Source of the DNA: the human T2T-CHM13v2.0 reference genome, Homo sapiens
Assembly (NCBI RefSeq): GCF_009914755.1
Contig: NC_060940.1
Strand: one strand, 5' to 3'
DNA: 64,000 bases
Of this stretch, positions 38,991 to 52,029 are shown in pieces; position 1 is the stretch's first letter; every line of letters starts with the position of its first letter. Under the pieces are notes generated by a model, which saw nothing but the letters and a program-made list of their open reading frames with translations, was not told the origin of the DNA and did no database searches. The position numbers and the translations under genes are program-made.

Positions 38991-40204
38991 AAGGGTACTT
39001 GTTTTCAAAAGTGAGTGAACCAGTCCCTCTTATTATCAGTACAAACATGTGCAACACATTTAACCTCTTTGAGCTTCACCTACCTCATCAGTACAAGCAT
39101 CTTTAATCTTTAGAGATATTCTAATGCAGATAAAGAAGATTGAAATTACTTACTATCAAATTCTTCCAATTAGAACAGCCAGCTTGAGGCACATACTAGG
39201 AAATAAATGATCCTGCCAAACCCAGTGTGGCTTTTTCCACTTTCAAGTAATTTAAGAGTTTCTATGCAGCCACAGACTTTCTTAAATTAATGCCTTTTTA
39301 AAAAAAATTAATTTTCAAAATATCTTTTACTTCTGCCCAAATTTAATTGCAAATCTTGAGATCTGGGCATAGAGAGAATTTATGGAGTACTTTGATACTA
39401 AGGAATCGCTGCCCCTAACACTAACAATCAACTAAATTGCTACAAATCTTCTCTTAATACCCTCCAGATGACATCTGGGCTGGGGATAGTCTTTGTGAGA
39501 TTCATACAGTTTTTCCCTTGAAGATACATACCAGGCACAGGATTCGGGCTTTCTATGTACTTATGGATCCCATAATTCATTGTCTAGGTGAAATGGGCTG
39601 CTTTTGAAAACTTGGAGACTACAGCCTTCACTTTTCAAATTGTGTAGCTAGCAGATTTCATTTACAGTATATTGCAACAAGTCCCTGGGAGTTTGCACCA
39701 AAGCCCATTAATCAGAATCAGTTAAGAAAAATGTTCAAGAGAATTTCCCATTTCTGCAGATAGACAAGGTTGAGAAATATCAGAGGTAGAGTTATATAGT
39801 GTGAAATGACACTTTCTAAAGGGCTCTTTTGAGCAATTTATTAAGAATTTGTCAAAGACATGCCAAGTGTTCATCAGTGAATTAGGCATGTATTATAATG
39901 CTTATTGTAGCATTTAAAGATCATGATACTTATCACTTAGATTGTACTTAATGTGCTCAAAACATTTTCAGTTCTAATTAAATATTCTCCCACGTGTATC
40001 TGTGTAGAGAAATAACCATTTACAGGAGGAAGAAATACCCAGACTCACAAATAAAAAAATCCATCAAAAAAAGGCTTGTGTCCACACCACAGGGAGAGCC
40101 CTTATCAGCCAAGAGGCTACAAGATCCCTCTAAGAATCAGGCCTCTGGCCCGGGGAAGGAGGGCATGGGAAAAGTCCAGAAACATGTTTTTGGTAGCTGG
40201 CCCA

Positions 40205-40375
40205 GGTGGTGGCATGGCACAGCAGACAGGATACTGGCTTTGACGTCAGAAACTTGGGGTAGAATAGAATTGATATCACAGGATAACCATGTGATGTCGA
40301 GAATTCACCTCAACTCAAACCTCTGGCCTCCTTGAGCCCTGACCTCCTTATCTGTAAAATGGGTATGAGAATACG
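40205..40375 (+). mobile_element. MIR
   Basis: CCTCCTTATCTGTAAAATGGG core; GGCATGGCACAGCAGACAG 5' part. Confidence 0.65.
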
Positions 40376-42049
40376 TTTAAGAAGAAAAGAAAAAAAACCT
40401 GAGCTCAATAAGATAACTGACTTATTGAAGTCATATGCCAGTCCATAGTAAATCTGGGACTCAGACCCGGCAGTCCTTACTCTGAAATGTAGACTTTGAA
40501 CAAAAATGTCAGGTCACAAATTGTCAGACCAGCACAGTTCTCCAAGAGCACAGCAGATTTGATATGAACTCACTCTCAGATTCTGGGATTCTATATGCAT
40601 GACAAGGTAAGTGAGACCCTAAATGGTTGTTTTAATGAATGCAATGTTATAATTCACACAGAGTCACTGTTGTACCTAGCAAATTCATAATTAGAGGTAA
40701 TTTTGCACCTGCTGTCACGGGAAGATGGCATTTCCTTTAATTTAGCTTGATGCCTTGATTATACTGTGGGAGCGGCAGGAGACAAGGCAATCTCTCACTC
40801 CACTTCCAGAGAAAACACACAGCCTTTAGTCTGTAGTTGTGATTAATAAAGCTACTCAGCACCTTGGAGTCATCAGCCACCACTTCTCGTCATGCTGATG
40901 CAAAGTCTTCCATAAGGCAGGAGAGTGTGTCACCGCCCAACCTGTTGCAGAAATGACAAGAGGTTACTGGGTTCTTTTTAAGGTGAGCCATCCCAAGAAT
41001 TCCACTCAAACCCACTTCAAAACATAATCACTGCAGCGACTATGAATTTCAGGCCACTAAGTCAGAGTCACAAAAAACTTAATGTTATATTCCTATAACT
41101 GAACTTACTTTCCAGTTCCAGGCCCTGCTCCAGGAGTTTTGGATTCTTCTTTTCATTTTTTTTTCGTGGGCTACTTTAGTTTGGGGTGACTTATCTAGAG
41201 CCAAGTCATTAGGGAAGAAGGGCACTTAGACATGCATGCTGACATCCACTGAGAGGCCTCCATCTGGTGCTGATCATCAGTCCTCAGTGGTGACGGCTGT
41301 GTCCTCTCCTGTCTGCAATGGCAGGATTCTCCCGGCCCAGTGGTCTTTCGACCTTTAGACACTCAGGCTTGTCTCTGCTGCTCTGTGCCAGCCACAGGAG
41401 GAGGAGGGGTCTCAGTGGATGCAGTCCTCTAGACCCACCACAAAACCACCACTTCTGCTCTACTACTTTACGGGGAGGCTGTAGGAAACTGGGGGTAGAG
41501 GGGTTGCCAGCTCTAGGTTCAAACTCAGGTTTAGCTGAGGCCAAGTCTCTTATTGACCTCTGCACTATCCAGCCTCTCATTTTCCCCCTAGTGCTGATGA
41601 CAGCAAGAGGAAGGTTGGGTTTCCAACTCTCTATGGCACATAAAACTTATTGAGCTTTCTAGGGAGGAGATAAGAAGATAAGGAGCCAAGGGAAGGTGCA
41701 AGTATGATGTAAGACAAGTCCCTTAACCTGTCTCACTGCCCCTCTTCAGTCCACAATCAGTTTAGCTCAGACATTCTTTACAGCGGTTGAGGAGTATACC
41801 ACTGTGGGCAGGCACCCTTCTTCATTACTTCTAATTCCATGTTGATGAAAGATTGGTTGTTGTCGCTTTTTCTGATTTTGTATAGAATTGCAGTAAACAT
41901 TCTTTAGAAAGTATCTGCTCAGGCTATTGTCTGGCCACCAGGGTTTGAGACAGAGTGAGAATTTGCAGAACTGAAGAGCTGGAACCACCTGTGACTCCAT
42001 TCCATAATCCTGCAGCTCATTCCCTCTGGGATGCCCTATGGAAGGAGCA

Positions 42050-42295
42050 TACCACTGTGGTGAAGAGGGCATGCCTTAGAGCTCGAAGACTCAGATGCAC
42101 ATCACAATTCTGCCACTTACTAGTTACGTGACCTTGAGCAAATTTCTTGACCTCTCCTAGCTTCAGTTTCCTCATCTGCAAAATAAAAATAAAATCTGCT
42201 TCACAGCATATTGCAAAGCCTAAAATAGATGTTGGAAGTAAATATGTAGATATATATATATATGGTGTTTGGCATTGCACTTGGCTATTGGCTAT
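42050..42295 (+). mobile_element. MIR
   Basis: TCTGCCACTTACTAGTTACGTGACCTTGAGCAA...CTTCAGTTTCCTCATCTGCAAAAT. Confidence 0.85.
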
Positions 42296-43386
42296 TTCCT
42301 ATGGACTGGCATGTAACTCACAAAATGGTTTGAGGATGATGATGATGATGATGATTTTGACTTGGGTAGGGAAAAGCAGGAAGGGAGTAAAGGAAACCAC
42401 TTAGGGAGAATTTATCATTCATGGACACACACACCAGGGAGTTGCCTGCACCTGCTCAAAAGTAGCAGAGCAAAATGAAAAGATTAACCTCACTTCCAAC
42501 TGCCTGATCCCCAATTCCTGCACCTATCTCCTCACCTCCAGGGAAAAGAGAGCCCATCTTCGGTAGCTGAGGAAGATTCTGAAATGCTCTGAAAAGGCAA
42601 ATCAGACGCATTGCAGGTGTGCAAAATTTATAACTTGCTAGTGTAGACATATAAAGTCAATATTAACTCACAGTGAAATGTAATTAACTATAAACTATTT
42701 TGGTAAATGTGAGATTTTTTGATACATGAAAAAAAAATGCATGATGACTTGAAGCCAAACTACTATCCAAAAGGGTGTCTTGTTAATTCAGGTTTGAGAT
42801 TTGCTTTTTAAATTCAAATAATAATGAGTGGGGTATAAAATTATGGGAAACAATTACAGGGCATCATTTTTTGGTAGGTTTGTATTGTTGGGTTTTTTTT
42901 TAAAGATTTTGTTGTTTTTATTCTATTTGTTTCTAGTGAGGTTCAAACCACAATTGAGACTGGTATTAAAAGACAATAATTACCCCAAGCCCAGAGGACT
43001 GAAGACTCAGCATGTTGCATATGAGGCACTTGATTTCAAGTGGTGTTAAGAGGGTTTTTAATTACTCAGCTTTGGACTCAGGTATCACCTCTCTGACAAA
43101 ACAGCAAGGGAAGAACAGCATTCTAACTGGATTAGATAACTTCCCCGCCACCAGACCCATGACTAGGAGCCATTTTGCCACATAGGAGAAGCTATTTTAA
43201 ACCAGCTCATTAGAAGAGGTATGAAGAGGAGCTATTTGGAGTTCCCTGAGGCCTATGGGGAGAAATAGGAGGGGGAAATAAACAATTATCATCAGTAGCC
43301 AACATTGCCATGTATTCCCCACCAAAATTCTGCCTTTTACAAGTATGCTAGGCAAGCTACATGGAAGAAAAAGATTATAAAAGAAT

Positions 43387-43655
43387 CTCACTCATAAGTG
43401 GAAGCTAAACTATGAGGATGCAAAGGCATAAGAATGATACAATGGACTTTGGGGACTTGGGGGGAAGGGGTGGGAAAGGGGCAAGGGATAAAGGACTACA
43501 ATTTGGGTTCAGTGTATACGGCTCCAGTGATGGATGCCCCAAAACCTCACAAATGACAACTGAAGTATTTATTCATGTAACCAAATACTGCCTGTTTCCC
43601 AAAAATTTGTGGAAATAAAAAAATTAAAAATAAATAAATAAATATAAAAATAAAA
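43387..43655 (+). mobile_element. L1PB (PB1-like) 3' end
   Basis: CTATGAGGATGCAAAGGCATAAGAATGATACAATGGACTTTGGGGAC; A-rich tail; TSD-like AAAAGAAT on both sides. Confidence 0.9.
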
Positions 43656-43667
43656 AGAATAATAGAT

Positions 43668-43892
43668 AAGAGTAGAGGCTTTGGAGCTGATCACAAAGAC
43701 CTGAGCTTCAGTCCTAGCTTGGACACACACAAGATGAGGCAAATTCTTCAGGGACTTTAGACTCATTTCATTCACCTACAAATAGGGTATATTCATGTTA
43801 TTTGTCCCATAGAATTGTCCTGAGGATTAAATGGGAAAAAGTGTATACAAAGATCTTGGCACAGTGCTGGGCATTCAGTAAACATTCATAGG
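43668..43892 (+). mobile_element. MIR
   Basis: GACCTGAGCTTCAGTCCTAGCT...TGAGGATTAAATG...CACAGTGCTGGGCA. Confidence 0.75.
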
Positions 43893-43956
43893 TAAAACCT
43901 ACCATTTAGCATTATAATAATGCCCTTCCCTCCTCTCTCTACCAAATCAGAGGCTC

Positions 43957-44246
43957 AGCCAGGCGAAGTGGCTCATGCCTGTAATCCCTTAGGAGACTGA
44001 GGCAGGAGGATTGCTTGAGGCTAGGAGTTCGAGACCAGCCTGGACAACATAGCAAGACCCCCATCTCTACGAAAAAATAAAAATTAGTCTGGCGTGATGG
44101 CACACCTGTAATCCCAGCTATTCAGAAGGTGGAAGGAGGAGGATCGCTTGAGCCCACGAGTTCAAGGCTACAGTAAGTCATGATCATACCACTGCATTCC
44201 AGCCTGGGTGACAGAAAGAGACCCTGTCTCTATAAAAATAAAAATA
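43957..44246 (+). mobile_element. AluJ (Jo-like)
   Basis: GGAGGATTGCTTGAGGCTAGGAGTTCGAG...GGATCGCTTGAGCCCA..GAGTTCAAGGCTACAGT. Confidence 0.93.
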
Positions 44247-44617
44247 GAAAGTCTTACAGCAACTTTATTTTTGCCATGTGCTAAATCATCCCTCAAACGA
44301 GCACGTCTTTGATTCCACCCAACTTTGCCACTGGCGTCTGTGAGGAGGGACTTGCATTTACCTAAGCCCTGGCCACCCTGCTTTTCAGCTCTACCATCTC
44401 TCACCCCACCTCAACCCTGTGGTGCAAGCTTCCTTTCTAACTCTTGCCCATCCTTCCAGTACCTATACCTAGAGCACAAAAGGCAGCAGTAGATTCAGAG
44501 GATTGAAAATTAAAGAGGTGATACATCCCCAAAGTCCCGAAAGAGGCAAGCTTAGGTGGGCCAGAGGGTTTGGGCTCAGCTTCATGGGGATAGAAGGGAC
44601 AGTGGTGACCAAGGAGG

Positions 44618-44790
44618 CAGGGCCAGCCTCCTGGGTGTGTGACCTCTGTAGTCACATGGGGCCTCACACTTTAAAATGAAGTTGGTGTACTGTTCTGCCA
44701 TGACCATCTCGAAATTCTTAATTTTTTAACAGAGGACTCTACTTTTTTTTTTTCCTGCACTGGGTCCTGCCAATTAAATACCTAGTCCTG
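44618..44790 (+). mobile_element. MER91A-like (hAT-Tip100 MITE)
   Basis: CAGGGCC start and GTCCTG end; perfect 8-bp TSD CAAGGAGG at 44610-44617 and 44791-44798. Confidence 0.85.
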
Positions 44791-44899
44791 CAAGGAGGAA
44801 AAAAAGTGCAGAGATGAAGGCTAGGATGGCTTTTTATCCCAGTTCTACTACATTCTAGAAATGTGGCTGTGTATAAATTCACCATGCATTCCACAAACA

Positions 44900-45258
44900 T
44901 TTTTTTAACTTTTGAGTTCAGGGATACATGTGCAGGTTTGTTATGTAGGTAAACTTGTGTCGTGGGGGTGTGTTGTCTGTTATTTCATCACCCAGGTAAT
45001 AAGCCTAGTGCCCATTAGTTGTTTTTCCTGATCCTCTCCCTCCTCCACACTCTACCCTTCATAGGTCCCAGTGTGTATTGTTTCCCTCTGTGTGTCCATG
45101 TGTTCTCAGCATTTACATCCCACTTATAAGTAAGAACATGTGGTATTTGGTTTTCCATTCCCACATTTATTTGCTAAGGATAATGGCCTCCAGCTCCATC
45201 CATGTTCCTGCAAAAGATATGATCTCATTCTTTTTTGTGGATATATAGTATTCCATGA
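44900..45258 (-). mobile_element. L1PA (PA13-16-like) 3' end
   Basis: TACATGTGCAGGTTTGTTA...CATCACCCAGGTAATAAGCCTAGT; TSD TCCACA(A/C)ACATTTT. Confidence 0.9.
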
Positions 45259-45285
45259 TCCACACACATTTTAATGATTACCTCC

Positions 45286-45738
45286 TGTGATGGTTAATAC
45301 TGAGTGTCAACTTGACTGGATTGAAGGATGCAAAGTATTGATCCTGGGTGTGTCTGTGAGGGTGATGCCAAATGAGATTAACGTTTGAGTCAGTGGGTTG
45401 GGAAAGGCAGACCGACCTTTAATCTGGGTGGGTACCATCTAATCAGTTGCCAGTGCAACCAGCATATAAAGCAGGCAGAAAAATGTGAAAAGGCTAGACT
45501 GGCTTGGCCTCCCAGCCTACATCTATCTCTCATGCTGGATGCTTCTTGACCTCAAACATCAGACTTCAAGTTCTTCAGCTTTGGACTCGGACTGGCTTCC
45601 TTGATCCTCACCTTGCAGACTGCCTATTGTGGAACCTTGTGATCGTGTAAGTTTAATACTCCTTAATAAATTCATATATATATATATACACACACACATA
45701 TACACATATATATACATATGTGTGTGTGTATATATGTA

Positions 45739-45797
<59 letters not shown>

Positions 45798-45835
45798 TAT
45801 TAGTTCTGTCTCTCTAGAGAACCCTGACTAATATA
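45286..45835 (+). mobile_element. Solo MLT2A1 (HERVL) LTR
   Basis: Starts TGTGATGGTTAATACTGAGTGTCAACTTG and ends GAACCCTGACTAATATA; perfect 5-bp TSD CCTCC at 45281-45285 and 45836-45840. Confidence 0.93.
45674..45797. repeat. Compound (TA)n(CA)n...(TG)n(TA)n microsatellite inside MLT2A1
   Basis: Direct read; ~120 bp of purine/pyrimidine alternation. Confidence 0.95.
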
Positions 45836-45849
45836 CCTCCTATCTGCCA

Positions 45850-45992
45850 GCCTCGGCATCCTCATTCATAAAATGGGTATAATGATGCTATCTACAGTGA
45901 GGGGTTGTTTTGAGGAGTGAGAACATGTACTAAGGCACTTGGAACTGTGGTAGCACATAGTAAATGCTGAGTAAATATCAACTATCATTATT
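45850..45992 (+). mobile_element. MIR
   Basis: CCTCATTCATAAAATGGG...GGTTGTTTTGAGGA...GCACATAGTAAATGCT. Confidence 0.8.
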
Positions 45993-46952
45993 AAGGAGAA
46001 AACAAGTTTAGGAATTGGCACAGGAAGGAAAATAGAGCTGCCACGAGACTCTTGAGAAGGAAGAGTCCCCTTCATTTTTAGATCTGTGTATATATTTTTA
46101 GGCACCTGATAGACGCAGCACACAATAAAGGGGGATGTGATGGGTAAAAATATAAGTAATGGGTGAGTCCTGTCTTCCTGAGAGTCATATTTTTGTGTAT
46201 GAGAGGAGTGGGTTGGGAATCACTTACCCACATCCCAATGCAACAAGTTCGAGGCTGGCCAAGGCTGTGAGCAGGGTACCAAGAAGTTTAGGGACGAGAG
46301 AATAAAGAAGGAGAAGCAGGTTCTCCTTTGGAGGAGCTAAGAAGGACTCCTGAGAGTTGAGCAGGTTCTAGGAAGAAGAGCTTGGATTTTGAAAGTCTAA
46401 AAGGCACAGAGGGCAACACAGTGAAGGGAGCAGCATGGACAGAGCCCCGGTGGGGAAACGCAAACAGCACTCAAGAAACAGCAACAGTGATAAGTATAAA
46501 TCTCAGTCCTCAAAATGCTGGCAAGCTAGAGAAAGTAGTTTTGTTTTCCCTTTATTTTCTTTACATCAGCTTAAATTTGACTCCCAGCCTTCCAACCCAC
46601 CAAGCCAGAGTGAGTCAATCTCAGTCACTATCTGGAGCTCTCTGTTCAGCCACCCCAGGTTGTTCCAAAGCCTTGGAGCTTCCGCAGGCTTCTGGTCATA
46701 GGTTCTTGGTCTACACTGGTTTCTGCTGAGACGCACCTGCCCCCTCGGGCCGCAGGTGCCTGTTTGGGGACAGGATCTAAGAAACCTGGGACCCAGAGAG
46801 CAGGAAGAAGTCAGTGACTCCAGGAAACGTTGAGAGCTGCCACTAATTCAATCTTCAAACTGCTGCTGACTTTCAGTTAAACCTGATTTCAACTTAATAT
46901 AAATATTGAGGAGGGCCGAGGTGAGTGTTGCTGAAGCTGACTGGTTCTCTAA

Positions 46953-47200
46953 GAGGCCGTAAAGCACAGTGGTTAAGTGTCAAGCCACATTCTGTGTCCT
47001 AGTTTTACTTCTTACCAATTGTGTCACCTTTGGTAAGTTACTTAACATCTCCGAACCTGAGCTTTCTCTTTTGAAAAACAGGAATATTAGTAATACTTCT
47101 CAGGATTATTATTAAGATTAAATGAGATAATATGTACAAATGACATATTGCCTGGCATATATAAATGCACCATAAATGGAAGCTGCTATTATCATCATCA
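46953..47200 (+). mobile_element. MIR
   Basis: CACAGTGGTTAAG...AAGTTACTTAAC...AAGATTAAATGAGATAAT...GCCTGGCATA. Confidence 0.85.
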
Positions 47201-47284
47201 CCACCTTTAGGCTGCACCCAAGATAAATACACACTGGATAATAAAATTCCCTTAAAAAGAGTACGTCTTCTTAACTACAGTAAC

Positions 47285-47505
47285 AAGTTCTAAAACCAGA
47301 TTACCTGGATTCAGATCTCAGTTCACTTGCTGGCTATGTGACCTTGGGCAACTTATACACATATCCTCTCTAGACCTACCTCAGTTTCCTAATCTGCAAA
47401 TTGAGGTTCATATCAGTACCTAACTCATAGCGCCTTAGGGAGGACTAAATGAGTTATTTCATGGAAAGCAAATAGAACAGCACTTAGTAAGTGATGGTTA
47501 TTGTT
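47285..47505 (+). mobile_element. MIR
   Basis: GCTATGTGACCTTGGGCAA...CCTCAGTTTCCTAATCTGCAAA...AGTACCTAACTCATAG. Confidence 0.85.
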
Positions 47506-48153
47506 GCTTTTTGTTTCCCAAACACATCTGCATGCATTCAATTCTCAGAACATGACTTACTAATGAAGTTTAGAAAGCTGTCCCCCTACCAGAGCACATC
47601 TTTCTTTCTGTCTTCCAAACTCACATCGAGTAGAAAGCCAAAGTCTCCCGAAAGGACAGCCACCCAGAGAGAGTCACTGTGTATAGTTTGGTGTGTATCC
47701 TTCTAGATGTTTTCTAAATGTAAGTATACATCAATGGAATCCCCCTAAACAATCTACCTTTTTTACTTGATATATTATAGATGTCCTTCTGGTCAACACT
47801 ATTGTATCTACCTCACCCTTTTCCAACAACTCATTTTATTCCATGGCATTGATGTACCCTACTTTATTGAACAAGTCCCCTTCTCAAAGAAATTTTGATA
47901 GCTTCCAATTTCCTGTGATCCTGAACTTATAATCATGTTAAATATATCTATACAAACTTATTATTTAGAATAAATTTCTAAATATTGACTATCTGGATCA
48001 AGGGGTATGAACATTTAAAATGTGGGTACCTATTGCCAGAATGCCCACCCAAAAATGGTTTTTATTTTATTCTATTTTATTTCATCTCATCTCTTTCATT
48101 TGCTCCTTTTTTAGCTCTGATCACATTTATGTTGGGCTATATTCTCTTTCTAT

Positions 48154-48500
48154 CTGTATTAGTTTGCTGGGGCTCCAGTAACAGAGTACCATAGAGTAGG
48201 TTGCACAAACAACAGAAATTTGTTTTGCCACAGTTCTGGAGGCTACAAATCCAAGATTAATCTGCAGGGTTAGTTCCTTCCAAGGCCTCTTTCCTTGCAG
48301 GGTGGATGTCTGTCTTCTCCCTGTGTCCTCACATGTTCTTCCCTCTGTGGTTTCTGCAGCCTAATCTCCTCTTCTTATAAGCACACTAGTGGCATCAGAT
48401 CAGGGCCCATCCATATAACCACACTTTACTTGAATCACCTGTTTAGAGGCCCTAGATTAAGATTTATGAGTTTTAGGAGGGACTCAACTCAGCCCATATC
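48154..48500 (-). mobile_element. MLT1A/B-type MaLR LTR
   Basis: TGTATTAGTTTGCT...AACAACAGAAATTT...CACAGTTCTGGAGGCT...TCCTCTTCTTATAAG...CAGCCCATATCA. Confidence 0.88.
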
Positions 48501-48659
48501 ACTCTCTGTTATCTGATTGTTCATCTTTGTGTTTCTGGATTGCCTAGAGGAAAAAAAAAAAAAGTGTCCAGTGATTTCCTGTTAATCAAATGGGTGAATT
48601 TGCCGAGCATCCCGTGGTTGTCACCCTGGTCCGGAGAGTCCCGCCCAGAGAACATTTTG

Positions 48660-48862
48660 GGCACTAGTCCAGAGCCTTGGGTTTGAATGCCAACCCTGCC
48701 ACATAATAGCTTGATGACCTTAAGCCAGTTCCTCACCTTTCTGAGTCTGTTTTGTCATCTATAGTCATAGAACAACATCACTGCAGGAGATTGTTGAAGA
48801 ATTCAAATGAAAATCCCATGCGAACTTGCTTAGTAGGGAGCAAATATGGCTCGAAAGCTGTG
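48660..48862 (+). mobile_element. MIR
   Basis: CCTTGGGTTTGAATGCCA...TGACCTT...TCTGAGTCTGTTTTGTCATCTATA. Confidence 0.7.
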
Positions 48863-49765
48863 ATAGTTATCGCCCGGCCTCTTCCCTTCTTGCCACTGCT
48901 CCTCCCATATCATGTTCATGCATTACCCCCACCCCCACCCCAGGCCTCTTTAGAGATGAGTTCCCCCCAGAAGAGGCCCACTTCCTGTGCAAACAGTCTC
49001 CAAAGGCAATTGAGACTCACTCTCCCTCCCCAGGGTTTGTAACATTCTATGTGTTCCATGCTTCTAGGAACATTAACCATGACTTGGTGACACTTGTCCC
49101 AAAAGGGACCGATTGGCTTTGGGATCACAGGCGATGACTTCATTGGGAAGGCCATTAATCATAATTATGAAATAATGAAATGGCTGTCAATTTGCCCATG
49201 CCTAATAACACCTAATTAATAAAAGGGTCTTTTTATTTCTCACAGTGGAAATGGATGGCAGAGGATACTGTTTCTGGGAGAGCATTACTTGTCTTGGATG
49301 GATGAAATGCCTTGGCCAGTGGAAGTCACTCGACTCTTGGCTGGATGCCTCAGCAGCACTCTATGAGCCGTGCAATAACCTCTCCGAAATGCACTGCTAC
49401 TCCTGTCTTATTGCTTAATTAATCCACTTCTAATTGATATGGCCATGCATTACCATGGCTGCCTCCCTGCTGTGAGAGCCCATAAAAACATATTTGGCTT
49501 TTTTAACAGGACTTTTGAAACAATGTCAAGAACATGAACTTCTAAATGACATCATACTTTGTCAAGAAATATGAGTCCCATGACTTTGGCCAAATATTAT
49601 CCTGATAGTTAATAGAAATGTACAGGTCCACTGAAAGCATTATTGTATTTCAAAGGATTTATATTGTAGGGAGGTGGGGAAAGAGGAGATGAAGGGAGGA
49701 CAGAAGCTATTTGGAGAATGGGCTCTGATAGTGCCTTTTCTACTCTTCCTTAGTAAGTGCCCATC

Positions 49766-50106
<341 letters not shown>

Positions 50107-50501
50107 TAATCACCAAAAAAGCCTGGTAAGTACCTAACTGAGCAGTATGCGGTGTGAAGCACTGTCCTGAAAGACGAGTTATTTCTCTGTCAGTCAATTC
50201 AAGATGTTTGTTACACACAACTCTAAAAACAGACTGATAAGAGTTTAAATCCCAACTCTGTCACTTCCAAATTACCTAACCTCTCTGGTACCCAATTCTC
50301 CTTTTTGCAAATTTGACACTCAGACATTTTCTTAAAAATCACACATAAGCGAGGGTTGGGAACAAGCCTTTGCAAAATTATGTATAATCAGAATCATCTT
50401 TAGAAACCCTGAAAAGCAACATTGTCTCTATAAACCTATCCCTCCACAGTAAAATCCTCAGGCACATTCAAGTTTAAGATCTACAAAAGAAGAGTCTAGA
50501 T

Positions 50502-50707
50502 CAAGGGTCAACAAACTATGGCCTGTGGACCAAATTCAACCCACCACCTGTTTTTGTAAATGGTTTTATTGGCATATAGACCCCCTCATTTACGTATTTC
50601 ATACGGCTGCTTTCCCACCACCACAGCATGCAACAGAGGCCATATGTCCCTCAAAGCCTAAAATATTTTCTATCTGGCCTTTTACTGAAAAAGTTTGCTG
50701 CCTCATG
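50502..50707 (+). mobile_element. MER58A (hAT-Charlie MITE)
   Basis: CAAGGGTCAACAAACTATGGCC...AAAAGTTTGCTG; perfect 8-bp TSD GTCTAGAT at 50494-50501 and 50708-50715. Confidence 0.9.
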
Positions 50708-51778
50708 GTCTAGATGCAGATGTCTGTCTATTGTGCTTCCTTGCCCTTTAAGATGCCTATCAAATCCCTAGCAGTGAATGGGGAGAGGTGAAGAATTCTA
50801 AAGCTCACTGACTGCCTATAGGGTCAGCTTCATTCTGCTGTAATATTAAACCTCTATGGCTTTAATTTGGGCTAATAGAGTTGTCTGTGGCCAGGGAAAT
50901 TTAAAAAAGGTCCTGGTGTACATCTTACATAGGGATTAGGTTCTAAAATCAGCTGTAACTGCACCCGTGATTTGATTTCCCTACAGACAGTGCCCCTGTT
51001 TCCCAAACCGGAGGTAAAAGTGAGGGTTCAGTGGTGTCAGCACAGAAGCAAGGCCTTTGGGGGCAGTCCTAGGGCCAGGCTCAGCTCCCTTGGGAGCTGG
51101 CGGGGTGAGAGACTCTAAGAATTCTCTGTGAAGGGGCAAATCAGGGCTTCTGTCTCTCGACTCACAGGAGCTTTTGACAAACTGGTTTTGCCCTCCACGT
51201 CGATATTTCACTGTCAGTTCCCAGATTCATCTCCACCGCTTTGCCTGCCTCCTATAAGAGTCTCCTCTGAGTCCAGGCAGATGCTAGCTTCTTCCTTGCT
51301 GTGGGGGCAGCTTGGAGACACTTCACAGGCGATATTAATCATGCTGATTAGGCATGACCTCCCCTTTTGTAAACTCATGTTGATGGCCTCAAACCAATCA
51401 GTACCTGTCGCAATGTTTATGGTCCCGAAATGAGAGTGGAAGATGGTGGAGGAAAGAGTGTTTTGTGTGACAATGAGGAATCCCTTCAGTCCCAGCCTGC
51501 TGATGGCAGCTAATGCTTCTGAGAGAAAGTGGCTTTCAGAAATTTGCTCATTGCTGTGGCCTCTTTGGTCTTCACTCATAAGGCATTCCCCATCTCCCTG
51601 GTGAAAAAAATAAATAACCCTCTACATTTATGCAACACTTTTTTCTGTATTCATGGCCTCCCTAGAAAAGTGTTACAGGCTCGTGGCAAGGAACATGGGC
51701 TCTGGGTTCAAACTGCCACGTAATGAATCTTGCCTGTGCCTCTTAGTAGCCACTGGCCTTAAAGAAAGGTAAACTTCC

Positions 51779-51916
<138 letters not shown>

Positions 51917-52029
51917 TGACCCTCTTGCACCTACATTCTAGAGCATTTAGATTTGCCAGAGATACTCCCAGATGGGCAGGGAAAAACAGTATGGATGAGG
52001 GCCAGAAACCAGGCAGGAAGGCAACACAC

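Noticed and set aside
49228-49245. Good-looking splice acceptor TCTTTTTATTTCTCACAG
   Set aside because: No matching donor or coding frame identified; such motifs are common by chance. An exon call needs transcript data.
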